Assembly: GCA_005222975.1 (NCBI GenBank)
Contig: NJBI01000005.1
Location: 32,001-96,000 of the forward strand
Direction: 5' to 3'
Source of the DNA: Promethearchaeota archaeon Loki_b31
GTDB taxonomy: Archaea; Asgardarchaeota; Lokiarchaeia; Sigyniarchaeales; SOKP01
Length of the DNA stretch: 64,000 bases
A model generated the notes under the pieces. That model was not told the origin of the DNA and made no database searches. It worked only from the letters and a program-made list of their open reading frames with translations. The translations under genes were made by a program, and so were the position numbers. How positions within the stretch are numbered: the first letter of the stretch is position 1; every line of letters starts with the position of its first letter. Below are positions 29,779 through 40,515 of the stretch, one piece after another.

Positions 29779-30174
29779 CTAAGCCTCTTTCAATTTTCCT
29801 ATTAATTCCAAAGCATCTAATACCTTTCCGCTTTTAATAACTTCAACCTTTGCTTTCATCCCTTTATATGTTGGAGTGCCACACCCTTGTGAATCGGGAT
29901 TCACAAGTTGATTAGCCCATGGACCCATCGGAACGAATAATATCCCGGGATGAGGTCCCTCTTCTGAAATTGTAGAATAGACTATAACCTCTCCAAAATC
30001 AGTTGTAATTTTAACAGGAGTTCCAACAAGGCAATCTAGTTTTTTAAAATCGTTTCTATCGAAAGCACAGATACCCGCAGCTCGGACATTTTCCTTTGTT
30101 ACTTTTCCACCTTCAAGAGCTACTCCTTGGTTAATCGTTCGACCAGTTAATAAAATTAAATTTTCTAAACTCAT
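29779..30174 (-). CDS. fwdD: Formylmethanofuran dehydrogenase subunit D
   Basis: LTGRTINQG, PMGPWAN and GTPTYKG motifs. Confidence 0.9.
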   Translation of the reverse strand: MSLENLILLTGRTINQGVALEGGKVTKENVRAAGICAFDRNDFKKLDCLVGTPVKITTDFGEVIVYSTISEEGPHPGILFVPMGPWANQLVNPDSQGCGTPTYKGMKAKVEVIKSGKVLDALELIGKLKEA

Positions 30175-30176
30175 TT

Positions 30177-30887
30177 TTAAGAGCCCTCCTTTTTACTCCA
30201 TCTTAATGTTTTCAATCTTTCTAACAATGGTGGCCAAAACAATTTGCTAAATTCACCAGAAGTTTTCACTTCGGTAATTTCAAGCTGCAACGCTCCCGTT
30301 GGACAAGCATTATCGCACGCTCCGCAAGCCACGCAGGCATCTTGGTCGACAACTTCTACATTTTTAGACATTTCCCAACCGTGCTCAGGTCTTTTAGCTA
30401 TTTTAATAGTTCCTGAGGGGCACACTTCAGCGCACGATCCACATCCCTTAGCACATTCTTCGTCAATAACATTCACAGTTGCTTTAGCGTATTGTTTTAC
30501 TATTCTATCGTTATTTAACTTTTTCGCTTCAAATTCAATTTTAGGAACTACTTTTTGAGCAACAATAGGGATATCTACTAAATTAATTATTTCTCCGTCT
30601 TTTTTTAGCGTCAATGCGCCAAATGGGCACATAATTACGCAAGTGCCACAAAAAACACATTTATGAGGGTCGTATATTTCTGATACTATATCTTCGGTTG
30701 TTGGAAATCGACGTGATGCTCCAACAGGTCCTCTGGAAATAGCTTCTTTGGGACATACTCGGGCGCAAGTTCCACAACCTACGCATTTGGATCTATTTAA
30801 AATAAGTTCTAAACTTTCTGTTAAAAATTGAACTTTTACATGTTCCTCTTCTTGAGTTAAAGTTCTAGATATTTTAGGAAACGACAT
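30177..30887 (-). CDS. Polyferredoxin with four [4Fe-4S] motifs, FwdF-like
   Basis: Four CxxCxxCxxxCP-type motifs, within the fwd operon. Confidence 0.8.
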   Translation of the reverse strand: MSFPKISRTLTQEEEHVKVQFLTESLELILNRSKCVGCGTCARVCPKEAISRGPVGASRRFPTTEDIVSEIYDPHKCVFCGTCVIMCPFGALTLKKDGEIINLVDIPIVAQKVVPKIEFEAKKLNNDRIVKQYAKATVNVIDEECAKGCGSCAEVCPSGTIKIAKRPEHGWEMSKNVEVVDQDACVACGACDNACPTGALQLEITEVKTSGEFSKLFWPPLLERLKTLRWSKKEGS

Positions 30888-30890
30888 TTT

Positions 30891-31148
30891 TTAAACTCCC
30901 TCCATAACTTCAATTCTGATTGCAACTTGAGGACACATTTTTACGCATACTCCACAGCCGTCGCAATTAATTTTTCTTTCTTCATTGTAAATAGGTACCG
31001 CAATTCCGTTTTTAACTAGTATAACTGCATTTTCCTTGTTCAAATAACTTTGTTTCCTCAACTGGTTAAAATTAATTGGACAACTTACAACGCACGCATT
31101 GCACCCAGTGCAAGTGTTTCTATTTATTTTTAATTCGTAAATTTGCAT
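30891..31148 (-). CDS. 2x[4Fe-4S] ferredoxin (FwdG/H-like)
   Basis: CTGCNACVVSCP and CDGCGVCVKMCP. Confidence 0.85.
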   Translation of the reverse strand: MQIYELKINRNTCTGCNACVVSCPINFNQLRKQSYLNKENAVILVKNGIAVPIYNEERKINCDGCGVCVKMCPQVAIRIEVMEGV

Positions 31149-31152
31149 AGTT

Positions 31153-31575
31153 TTATGCCTCCTTTTTCATAGGATTAGGTCCTAATTCTTTTAATTCATG
31201 GACAAATTCTTCGACAATTTCGGTCAGCTCTGCACCTTCAGAAGCCGAAACGAACGTGTACTTAACTCGTTTAGGGTTAATACCGAATTGTTTTAGATAT
31301 AGATGAAGCATTGGAATTTTTCTCATTGTTTTTAAGTTTCCCTCAACATAATGACAGTCGCCTACATGACAATGAGACACTAATACGCCATCTGCCCCAT
31401 TTCTTAGTGCGTCCAAGATAAAATGTGGTTCTACTCTTCCTCCGCACATTACGCGCATAATCCTTAGATTTGCGGGTCGCTGCATGCGAGATGTTCCAGC
31501 TTGGTCAGCGCCAGCGTATGTACACCAGTTACAACATATACCTAAAATGAATGGATTAAATTCGCTTTCGGTCAT
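31153..31575 (-). CDS. mvhD: MvhD [2Fe-2S] Hdr-adaptor subunit
   Basis: CNWCTYAGADQAG, RVMCGGRV, GDCHY and SASEG motifs. Confidence 0.92.
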   Translation of the reverse strand: MTESEFNPFILGICCNWCTYAGADQAGTSRMQRPANLRIMRVMCGGRVEPHFILDALRNGADGVLVSHCHVGDCHYVEGNLKTMRKIPMLHLYLKQFGINPKRVKYTFVSASEGAELTEIVEEFVHELKELGPNPMKKEA

Positions 31576-31755
31576 TGTTATTCAATAATATAATTTTTAG
31601 GATAAATCAGTTAATAAGTTTATAGTCTATAAAAATTATGATATAAAATTAATTTTTAAAAAGTATATTATTTTAAAAAATTTAGTATAAGACTTTTTAA
31701 AGTTGTTAAATAAATAATAATATTCAAAAAAGTCAAAAGGAAATTATAAATCTAA

Positions 31756-32736
31756 ATGGTAGATTCAATAATCTCTAAATTGCTCAATTCTGACGAACCT
31801 TCGATAAGGTATAAAGTTTTAGTAAAAATTTTAGGCGAAAATCCTAACTCTAAAGAAATTGAAGACCTTCAGCATCAAATAAAAATATCTCGTCGGGTAC
31901 AATCATTACTCTCTGAGAGGGATTCTGATGGAAGGATTCCGTTTCATCCTTATAGAAAATGGTACGGTGCTCATTGGGTATTGACCAGCTTAGCAGAGCT
32001 TCATTATCCTTCTGGAGACAAAACCCTTATCCCCTTAAGAGAACAGATCTATGAGTGGCTATTTTCAAAGAAACAATTAAACGATTTTAAAAATATTGAT
32101 GGAAGAGTTAGAATCCATGCTTCTATGGAGGGCAATGCAATTTATTCTCTTCTTTCTCTTGGTATAGCTGATAATAGAACAGACGAGTTAGTCAATCGTT
32201 TACTGATGTATCAGTGGCAAGATGGTGGATGGAACTGTGATAAAAAACCTAAGGCTATGAAATCTTCATTTATGGAAAGTCTTATTCCTTTAAGAGCAAT
32301 GATTTATTATGCTAAAATGAAAAAAAATAGTGATGCTAAGAATGCTAGTATAAAAGCTTCAGATATTTTTTTAAAAAGGAAGCTATTTAAAAGTCAAAAA
32401 AATGGTGAAATAATAAAGGAGGATTTTATAACATTACATTATCCTTGTTACTGGCACTATGATATCCTTTTTGGCCTGAAAGTTTTGGCAGAAGGTGGCT
32501 TTATCACCGATCCTCGTTGCAAAGATGCGTTAGATTTATTAGAATCAAAAAAACTACCTGATGGTGGCTTTCCAGCCGAAAAAAAATATTATATAGCTAC
32601 AGATCAGTTTAAATCTGGTCGTTCTCTTGTTAATTGGGGTGGAACAAGCAAGAAAAGAATAAACGAGTTTATAACAACAGATGCTCTTTTTGTATTAAAA
32701 AAAGCAAGGTGTTTCAAATCGCTTTTAAATAATTAA
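31756..32736 (+). CDS. Prenyltransferase/squalene-cyclase-repeat (alpha/alpha toroid) protein of unknown function
   Basis: QWQDGGWNC and PDGGF QW-like repeats, YPCYWHYDIL. Confidence 0.7.
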   Translation: MVDSIISKLLNSDEPSIRYKVLVKILGENPNSKEIEDLQHQIKISRRVQSLLSERDSDGRIPFHPYRKWYGAHWVLTSLAELHYPSGDKTLIPLREQIYEWLFSKKQLNDFKNIDGRVRIHASMEGNAIYSLLSLGIADNRTDELVNRLLMYQWQDGGWNCDKKPKAMKSSFMESLIPLRAMIYYAKMKKNSDAKNASIKASDIFLKRKLFKSQKNGEIIKEDFITLHYPCYWHYDILFGLKVLAEGGFITDPRCKDALDLLESKKLPDGGFPAEKKYYIATDQFKSGRSLVNWGGTSKKRINEFITTDALFVLKKARCFKSLLNN

Positions 32737-32752
32737 AGAAAAGATAGTCTTA

Positions 32753-33574
32753 TTAAAAAAATTTCAAATGAACTATTTTTGATGCTTTTATTCGCTCAGA
32801 TTTCTTAATCATAGCTATCGACTTTTTATCCCAATTAGGATTTATTTTTGTTCTAGCCCAAATTGTATACCAATCATATACTTGAATCTTAGGCGACCAC
32901 TTTGGAAAAATTTTTGTTGGATTGCCAACTCCAAAGTGAAACCTCAATTCTTTTTCACCAGCTTTTTTGGCTCTCAGGTTGACAACTTTATTAGCAAGTT
33001 TAGAGGTCGTATCAAAAATCATTTCTGCTCTTGGGAATCGTTTCGCCATTTCAATAATTAAAGATGATATTTCATCTTCTTTAAAATAATAAACAAAACC
33101 ACCAGCAATGAAAAAGATTCCATTGTTTAGGTCATATTCAATTTCATCGAACCAAGAATAATCGAGGGCAGATTTTGAAATGAATTTATTTCTTTCGGAT
33201 TCAGATAAGAGGGTTTTACGGAATGAGATAGCTGAAGGCAAATCTAAATCATACCACTTGATTGTGCCATTATCAACTCTATAAAAAGTAGTGTCTAATC
33301 CGGCTCCAATATTAACGATTATAGCAGATGGATAGTTTTCAATAAATTCTTTAACCGCTATATCAAAATTTTTAGCTCTTGCCATTAATCCTAATCCACG
33401 CCATTCACCAAGATAATTTTTGATATTTGAGAAATCATAATCCACATTTTTAATGATATCTATAGCTTTTAAATCGTTTAATAATTCAGGATATAACTGA
33501 CTATACTTCGCTCGAGCCCATAATGGCCCTAACATTGTTTCCTCTACTTTTTCATCAAAAATCGTATCAGTCAT
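32753..33574 (-). CDS. SAM-dependent methyltransferase, leucine-carboxyl-methyltransferase/TcmP-like
   Basis: ETMLGPLWARA, VNIGAGLDT and WYDLDLP motifs. Confidence 0.85.
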   Translation of the reverse strand: MTDTIFDEKVEETMLGPLWARAKYSQLYPELLNDLKAIDIIKNVDYDFSNIKNYLGEWRGLGLMARAKNFDIAVKEFIENYPSAIIVNIGAGLDTTFYRVDNGTIKWYDLDLPSAISFRKTLLSESERNKFISKSALDYSWFDEIEYDLNNGIFFIAGGFVYYFKEDEISSLIIEMAKRFPRAEMIFDTTSKLANKVVNLRAKKAGEKELRFHFGVGNPTKIFPKWSPKIQVYDWYTIWARTKINPNWDKKSIAMIKKSERIKASKIVHLKFF

Positions 33575-33576
33575 TT

Positions 33577-34575
33577 CTAATCTTTACTCTCGAGTTGCTT
33601 TTTAAGTTCTTCTTTTTCTCCTTCTAATTTCTCAATTTGTCTGTCTTTCTTTTTCATTTTTAATTCTTGGATGGTAATGCCTTGTAAACTGAGTAATTTT
33701 TTAATTAGTATATATGAAGCGAAAGAAATCCCAAACAGGTAAAAGAGATTTATCGTCCAGATGAATGGTGCAATCGAAGTATAAAATGGTAAATTTATAA
33801 ATGGTGCTATTAGTGCAAAGATTCCTATTATCGCAATTGCAATCATAAGTACATATCTTTCATATTCTTTACGTTCAGATCTAAAAAAGACATATAATCT
33901 TAACCAGTAAAATATACACAAAAAAGCTAATGGGGTAAAGATTAAAGAGCCAATAGCTATCACCAATAAAAAATTTATTGCGAACTTGATTCTCCATGAT
34001 TCAAGTAAATCCTTTACAGTTAGCTGATCTTGTTTTTGAACCTTTGCATAATCACCCTTAAGAGTGAAAAACTTTTTCTTAACTTTTCTTGCGGCCCCCT
34101 TTGCTCCATTTTTGAATGTCGAGAATTTACTTAATTCTATTCCTTTATAGAATTTATCTTTCATCAATGGAAAAAGATAAAGCGTTAGAAGCAGAGATAG
34201 GATTCCGTAGAAGTACATTAAAATATCAATTACTAACCAAAACCCTCCTGGAGAGAATAGAGTATTTCGAAAATAACTTGAAATAATCAAGTAAATTGCA
34301 TAACCAATAAAAACAAACGGAACGACAATTTGTATAGTAATTACAATATTAGTTCCTCTTTTATCCAATTTTTCACTAGCTCCATCTAAAAGAATTAAAA
34401 ATCCATTCGCAATACTAAGAATCAATCCAAACCCTGATAGAAATTTAACAGCATAGAAGAATATAATTGCTGTTAGATTTAGGGTAATATTCCCAAAAAT
34501 CATTAAAATCAACATTAAAACGAAAGATATCGATAACCCTAAAATAAAAAAAATTCTTAAATTTTTTTCTTTCAT
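33577..34575 (-). CDS. Hypothetical polytopic membrane protein
   Basis: About 7 hydrophobic segments and a coiled C-tail. Confidence 0.75.
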   Translation of the reverse strand: MKEKNLRIFFILGLSISFVLMLILMIFGNITLNLTAIIFFYAVKFLSGFGLILSIANGFLILLDGASEKLDKRGTNIVITIQIVVPFVFIGYAIYLIISSYFRNTLFSPGGFWLVIDILMYFYGILSLLLTLYLFPLMKDKFYKGIELSKFSTFKNGAKGAARKVKKKFFTLKGDYAKVQKQDQLTVKDLLESWRIKFAINFLLVIAIGSLIFTPLAFLCIFYWLRLYVFFRSERKEYERYVLMIAIAIIGIFALIAPFINLPFYTSIAPFIWTINLFYLFGISFASYILIKKLLSLQGITIQELKMKKKDRQIEKLEGEKEELKKQLESKD

Positions 34576-34767
34576 TATAGGCTATAATAAGAGTATAGGA
34601 TTAATAATCTTTAGTATGGATCTAAAGCTAATTAAAAATTCAATTCAATTGCTTTTTAATGATATCAAGAGATTATAAGACATATATTTAAATAATATTC
34701 GAGAACAGTTACTTTTATATGTATTTCTTAAATCAATAATCAAACATAATTTGAGGTAAATTTCATA

Positions 34768-36429
34768 GTGGTTAATGATGTCTTTACATTTTTAGTTGGA
34801 GGAAAGGCGGGAGAAGGCGTAAAGAAAGCAGGATCAGTGGCAGCTCATATATTTTCTAGTATGGGACAGCGTGTATTTCAAATGGACGATTATATGAGCC
34901 TAATTAGAGGAGGACACAATTTTTCTATAGTTAGTACTTCCACTAGATGGATTACTAGCCATTACATGAAAGCGGATCTTCTTGTTAACTTTGATAAGCG
35001 AAGTTGTGAAACTCACATTAACGATGTTGCTGATTGTGGAGTTATTATCTATAACTCAGACGAACAAAAAGATGTTAATGGTGTTGGAATTCCATTCAGT
35101 TCAGAAGCTGAAAAATATCCCATGAAAAGCCTGATGTACGGTGTAGGGGCTGTAGCAATTTTAGCATCAGCAATAGGATTCAAAAAAGAGCAAATGAATC
35201 AATGTATTAAGAATCAATATCCAAGAGGTATCGAAGATAACATTAAATTTGCAAATACCATCTACGATATGGTAAAAGGCGGGTGTCAAGGTAAATTTTT
35301 ATTAAGTAAAGGAGAAAAAGAAAGACCAATTATTACAGGTAACGAAGCAATAAGTCTGGGAGCTATAGCTGGCGGTTTAGATACATATTTTGGATATCCT
35401 ATGACGCCAGCATCTTCAATATTACACTTTTTAGCAAAGCAAGCAGAAAACTTTGGGTTAGCAGTCGTTCATGCTGAAAGCGAACTTGCTGTAATTAACA
35501 TGGCTATTGGTTCCGCGTTTACTGGGGCAAGATCAATGGTTGGAACCAGTGGCGGAGGTTTCGCGCTTATGACCGAAGGCATTTCCCTAGCAGGGATTAC
35601 TGAAGCTCCTATTCTCATAGTCTTATCACAAAGACCAGGACCTGCTACAGGGGTACCTACTTATACCGAACAAGCTGATCTAAGTTTTGCTCTTTCTGCT
35701 GGTCACGGTGACTTTTTGCGTATAATAGCATCTCCTGGAACGATAGAAGAAGCTTATTATTTAACTGCGGAAATGCTAGATCTTGTCTGGAAGTTTCAAA
35801 CACCAGGAATTCTGCTCACGGAGAAACATTTATCAGAATGTAGCATGACAATTGATATTGATGTAGATAAGGCAAAATGGGCAAAACCTAAAATGCATCA
35901 AGGGGAAAATTATAAAAGATATCATGACGCTGAAGATGGAATTTCTCCAATGCTATTTCCACCGTCGAAAGAAGTAATTAAGTGGAATAGCTACGAACAC
36001 GATGAATTTGGCGTAACGACTGAGAATGCCGAGATGATAGCAAAAATGCATGATAAGAGAAATAAAAAACTTAAAGCACTTGTAGAATATTTAAAGAGTC
36101 AATATACTGTTAATATTATTCGAGGAGAGATGACCACTAATCTTTTTGCGTATGGTTCGACTTACATGAGCGTTTTAGAAGCTCTTAGGTATGGGGGATT
36201 AAACCCTACAATCGTTCAACCAATATATTTGAACCCATTACCAATATGGGAATTAGAGGAATTTAGAAATCAAGACAATGTAGTAATTGAACAAAGCTCT
36301 ACAGGACAATTTACAGCTCTTTTAAAAGAAAAAGCAGAGTTAAAAATAAGAAGTACGATTAAAAAGTATGATGGACGCCCATTTGATCCAATTGAATTAT
36401 CAAAAAAGATTAAGGAGGTGCTGTATTAA
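34768..36429 (+). CDS. korA: 2-oxoacid:ferredoxin oxidoreductase alpha subunit (gamma-alpha fused)
   Basis: GGKAGEG, IRGGHN, GYPMTPAS, TSGGGF and RPGPATGVPT motifs. Confidence 0.9.
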   Translation: MVNDVFTFLVGGKAGEGVKKAGSVAAHIFSSMGQRVFQMDDYMSLIRGGHNFSIVSTSTRWITSHYMKADLLVNFDKRSCETHINDVADCGVIIYNSDEQKDVNGVGIPFSSEAEKYPMKSLMYGVGAVAILASAIGFKKEQMNQCIKNQYPRGIEDNIKFANTIYDMVKGGCQGKFLLSKGEKERPIITGNEAISLGAIAGGLDTYFGYPMTPASSILHFLAKQAENFGLAVVHAESELAVINMAIGSAFTGARSMVGTSGGGFALMTEGISLAGITEAPILIVLSQRPGPATGVPTYTEQADLSFALSAGHGDFLRIIASPGTIEEAYYLTAEMLDLVWKFQTPGILLTEKHLSECSMTIDIDVDKAKWAKPKMHQGENYKRYHDAEDGISPMLFPPSKEVIKWNSYEHDEFGVTTENAEMIAKMHDKRNKKLKALVEYLKSQYTVNIIRGEMTTNLFAYGSTYMSVLEALRYGGLNPTIVQPIYLNPLPIWELEEFRNQDNVVIEQSSTGQFTALLKEKAELKIRSTIKKYDGRPFDPIELSKKIKEVLY

Positions 36430-36430
36430 T

Positions 36431-37270
36431 ATGAATAATCTTAAAACATACGCCGAAATTACTTGGTGCAAAGGGTGTGGAAATTTTGGAATCTTTACAG
36501 CTTTAAGAAACGCCATTCCAAAACTAGAAGAAAAAGGAATCAAAAGGGAGGATATTGTAATGACGGCGGGTATAGGATGCCACGCAAAAATCTTCGATTA
36601 TTTAAACCTGAGCGGTCTTTATTCATTGCATGGGAGAGAAATAGCCACTGCCTCTGGGTTCAAGCTTTCTAATCCTAATCTAAAAGTACTAACTTTTTCT
36701 GGTGATGGAAGTGGATTAGGAGAAGGTTTAGCCCATACTCTTTTTGCTGCAAAACGTAACATGGATATCAACATGATATTGCATAATAATGGAGTTTATG
36801 CATTAACGACAGGTCAGTTTTCTCCTTTAACTCAAGAGGGTTGGAAAGGTCCAACAACTCCAAAGGGAAGTTTTGAAATCCCCTTTAATCCAATTTCCTT
36901 ACTCATTGAAGTAGGTGCAACATTTGTAGCGAGATGTTATGCAGGTGATATTAACCACTTGACTGAAACTCTAATCAGAGGTATAGAGCATGAAGGTTTT
37001 TCATTCATCGAAATTTTACAGCCTGCTATGCCTTATCATAAATGGGAAGAATATCGTAGTGAGATTGAATTTCTTGATAAAGAACCAAAGACAAAAGAAG
37101 AAGCTTTAACTGTCGCGAGGAATTCACATAGGTTTACTTTAGGAGTTTTTCATCAAGCTAGCAGACAAGTATATCATAAAGGCTTATATGAAGACCATAA
37201 CCCAATTATAAACAAACTGTCGAGGGATGCACGATTAGATAAAATCCGTAAAATTTTAGGATTTAAATAG
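36431..37270 (+). CDS. korB: 2-oxoacid:ferredoxin oxidoreductase beta subunit
   Basis: TWCKGCGNF, GIGC, LHGR and GDG...NNGVYALTTGQ. Start moved to ATG36431. Confidence 0.9.
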   Translation: MNNLKTYAEITWCKGCGNFGIFTALRNAIPKLEEKGIKREDIVMTAGIGCHAKIFDYLNLSGLYSLHGREIATASGFKLSNPNLKVLTFSGDGSGLGEGLAHTLFAAKRNMDINMILHNNGVYALTTGQFSPLTQEGWKGPTTPKGSFEIPFNPISLLIEVGATFVARCYAGDINHLTETLIRGIEHEGFSFIEILQPAMPYHKWEEYRSEIEFLDKEPKTKEEALTVARNSHRFTLGVFHQASRQVYHKGLYEDHNPIINKLSRDARLDKIRKILGFK

Positions 37271-37505
37271 TTTTTAGGTCAATTATTTGATGTTTGCTTG
37301 GGGTAAATATCCATTCGTTTTTACATTTTTTAGAACAAAAATAGTATTTTGCTGGTTCTTGAGTGATATTTATAAAGACAAATTTGTAAGGTCTATCATA
37401 ATTATTCTGATACAGTTTTAAATGTTTTCCACACAATTCACAATTTTTTTTCAAGATGATCATACTTCCATTTATTTCGCCTGCGGAATCTTTAAATAAT
37501 TTCAT
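37263..37505 (-). CDS. Small TRASH/MYM-like Zn-binding protein
   Basis: CELC ... YFCSKKC motifs. Confidence 0.6.
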   Translation of the reverse strand: MKLFKDSAGEINGSMIILKKNCELCGKHLKLYQNNYDRPYKFVFINITQEPAKYYFCSKKCKNEWIFTPSKHQIIDLKTI

Positions 37506-37641
37506 TTTTTTAATTTTCTAATATTTTCCTTTTTATCTTCTTAATGGTATTATAGTTTACCTATAAAATTATTGTTTCTCTATATAATAGATAAAAAGAT
37601 AATATGAGAAAATAACAATAATGAAAGAAAATGTTAAAACA

Positions 37642-39000
37642 TTATTCTAAATCGGTTCGACCTATTGCTCTAAATGGCAAAGCGCTATTAAACTCTTCGT
37701 AATCGAAAAGTCTTCTTCCATCTACAAGGTTCGGAGTTTTCATTTGCTTCTTGAAATCGTCTGGCATAAGTTTTTTAAACTCGTCCCACTCCGTAATTAT
37801 TATTGCACACTCAGAATTTTTTAAAGCTTCTTCAATTGACTCGGCATATTTTATTTTATCTCCCATTTCCATTTCAGCATTTTTATTTGCTTTAGGATCA
37901 TATCCGATGATATCAGTTATACCTCTTTTTCTTAATTCATTAACAACCCTAATACTAGCAGCTTCCCGCATATCGTCCGTACCTGGCTTGAAAGCAAGAC
38001 CTAATAAGGCTACTTTTTTACCAGCTAATTTTCCTGCCAATTGTTCAGCCATATCAACGATGTGGATTGCTTGATCGTCGTTAATGCCTAAAACTGCTTC
38101 CAATAATCTTGAAGTATATCCTTTTGATTTAGACCACGCTTTTATTGCGTTCACATCTTTATGAAAACAAGAACCTCCAAAACCCACTCCAGCATTTAAA
38201 AATCGAGAATTTAATCTGTAATCGAGCCCTACTCCTTTCATAACTTGGGCTATATCTACATTTGGTACTAACTCAGCAAAATTCGCGAATTCATTAGCAT
38301 AGCTGATTTTAGTAGATAAAAGGCAGTTGTTTCCGTATTTAACTAATTCAGCGCTTTCTAGATTTATTCTTAATATAGGGCAATTTTGTAAGTGGTCACC
38401 ATAGAAATATTCGTAAAACTCTTGAAGCATGGCGCCACTCTTCTTGTCAATCTCACCTATTACGATCCTATCTGGGCGAAGCGTATCTTCAATCGAACGA
38501 CCCTCCGCTAAAAATTCGGGTTGCATGCATAAGCCAAAATCTTTTCCTGGAACCTTTCCAGATACTTCAGTAATTATTTTTCCTACCAGATTCCTCGTAG
38601 TACCGGGAACTACGGTAGATCTTACAACAACTAAATGATATTTATCCTTTTGCTTTAGAGCCTCTCCTATTTCCCTAGCTGTACTCTCAATATAGCCTAA
38701 GTCTATGCTTTTATCTTCTCGCATGGGAGTACCTTGAGTAATCATAGAAATATCCGTTTCGAGTACCGCTTTTACGGGATTCAGCAAGCACTGTAATAGT
38801 TCTGGTTTATTAGCTTTAATATCGTCCATCATTTCTTGTAAATCCGCTTCGTAAAATGGTGCCTTTCCATCATTAATCATTTTAGCCTTCTTTTCATTAT
38901 GAGTGGATGCTAAGACTTGTATGTCTTTCCCAGCGAAACATGCAGCACTACATAAACCGATAAATCCAGTCCCTAAAATCGAAACGCTATACTTATACAT
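37642..39000 (-). CDS. UDP-glucose/GDP-mannose dehydrogenase family protein
   Basis: GTGFIG, RSTVVPGT, PEFLAEG, GFGGSCF and FKPGTDDMRE motifs. Confidence 0.92.
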   Translation of the reverse strand: MYKYSVSILGTGFIGLCSAACFAGKDIQVLASTHNEKKAKMINDGKAPFYEADLQEMMDDIKANKPELLQCLLNPVKAVLETDISMITQGTPMREDKSIDLGYIESTAREIGEALKQKDKYHLVVVRSTVVPGTTRNLVGKIITEVSGKVPGKDFGLCMQPEFLAEGRSIEDTLRPDRIVIGEIDKKSGAMLQEFYEYFYGDHLQNCPILRINLESAELVKYGNNCLLSTKISYANEFANFAELVPNVDIAQVMKGVGLDYRLNSRFLNAGVGFGGSCFHKDVNAIKAWSKSKGYTSRLLEAVLGINDDQAIHIVDMAEQLAGKLAGKKVALLGLAFKPGTDDMREAASIRVVNELRKRGITDIIGYDPKANKNAEMEMGDKIKYAESIEEALKNSECAIIITEWDEFKKLMPDDFKKQMKTPNLVDGRRLFDYEEFNSALPFRAIGRTDLE

Positions 39001-39209
39001 TTTCGTTACTCTTATTAAATTAAATTCTTTTAATTATCAATTTTGGATATTGTTAAAACTTTTTGCAATTCTACAAATAAATTTATAATATAATGAAATG
39101 TATTAAATTTATGATCTCTTCCAATGAAAGTTGGAAGTATGGGAATTCTTTGGGTAGAATTCAAAATTCATATATAAAATATTAACAAAAAAATAAGGTA
39201 AATGATAAA

Positions 39210-40496
39210 ATGAACGATTTGAGAAAAAAATTGAAAATTCCAGACGACGCATTAAAAGTAATAAACGATTTCTTATTGGACGAAAAAAATCCACTGATAA
39301 ACGATCTTTTAGATATAGTAGATAAATATGGCGGAATAGAGGAGATTAATAGAAAGGCAGAAGAAGCCAGTAAATTAGAAAACTTACTCGAAAAATTAAA
39401 AAAGAAAAAGCCAGAATATGTTAAGGATATTGAGTGGTTGATTTCTCAACGCGGCAATAATTCTTTTATTAGCATAGTAGATTATAGAAAAAAGATTTTA
39501 GGCGATAAAGCGTCTGAAATGACTTTCGACGAAGACTTTGCTATAACATTAGAACTTTCTGCGTGTCAATACTTCCCTTTCTTGATGGATATGGTAAGAG
39601 ACGCCGTTAAAAATCAAAAAATAGTACCTGGTAGAATCATTCGCGTAAGATACATGAAAGAACAGGAAGAAGACGGGGATTTACTAGCTATGGCAGCGGC
39701 AATGCAAATTATTGGTTCGACTTGGGTCGAAACTCTTGACACAAAGGGAACTGCCCCTGGTCCAGATGGTATGCCTGTAAATGTACATCTTGGTGGTCCC
39801 GAAACTATTACTGGCTATTTTGGAGGTGTTGGACAACCAAACAATTTTGCGTTAAAATGGGTTGATGAATATCTTTATTATTATACTAACTACGGCATTA
39901 AACAGGTTCTTAATGTGAATCCAGGCACTGTTTTATTAGGTTATTTTATCCATAAACTTGGTATCAACAACGAATTTAAAATTAGTGTATACATGGGTAA
40001 TGATAACCCGTATTCTTGTCTTTGGACATTATTGACCGCTAAATTGTTTGCACGGGAGGATGGAACTAGTCCCTTGATTGGCTTTAACCTTGCCAATTCA
40101 GTTAATAATGAAACTATTGAAGTAACTGCCTATATTAGAAAAGAATTTGGGTTTGAAGATGTAGTACGAATAGAACACCATATAACTGAAACATGGAAAA
40201 GTATTGTAAGGCAGCCTTATGATCGTCGAGACGAATTAATGGAATTAGCTAAGAAAGTGAAGAATGTAAGTGCGAAACATGAGGGAGCAAATGTTGATGT
40301 TGACGAAAAACGGGATCATCCTACAGATATCCTTGAATATTTCATGACTAAGGAGGATATTGAAGAAGCGGGAATATGGGAAGCATTACGCATAAACCTT
40401 CTCGACCGATACGAAGCTATTAATACTACAGCTGAAGCTCTAACCAAAAAGGGACTAACATTTATAGCTGCTAAGAATTTACATCATCGGGAATAA
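39210..40496 (+). CDS. Enzyme-like hypothetical protein (428 aa)
   Basis: Long ORF with Gly/His-rich motif-like segments (VETLDTKGT, NVHLGGPETITGYFGG, RIEHH, SAKHEG); 19 bp upstream of the dapA-fae fusion. Confidence 0.75.
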   Translation: MNDLRKKLKIPDDALKVINDFLLDEKNPLINDLLDIVDKYGGIEEINRKAEEASKLENLLEKLKKKKPEYVKDIEWLISQRGNNSFISIVDYRKKILGDKASEMTFDEDFAITLELSACQYFPFLMDMVRDAVKNQKIVPGRIIRVRYMKEQEEDGDLLAMAAAMQIIGSTWVETLDTKGTAPGPDGMPVNVHLGGPETITGYFGGVGQPNNFALKWVDEYLYYYTNYGIKQVLNVNPGTVLLGYFIHKLGINNEFKISVYMGNDNPYSCLWTLLTAKLFAREDGTSPLIGFNLANSVNNETIEVTAYIRKEFGFEDVVRIEHHITETWKSIVRQPYDRRDELMELAKKVKNVSAKHEGANVDVDEKRDHPTDILEYFMTKEDIEEAGIWEALRINLLDRYEAINTTAEALTKKGLTFIAAKNLHHRE

Positions 40497-40515
40497 TAAA
40501 TAGAGGTTAATTTAA

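Noticed and set aside
31756-32736. Squalene-hopene or sterol cyclase
   Set aside because: Only about half the expected length and no DxDD catalytic motif.
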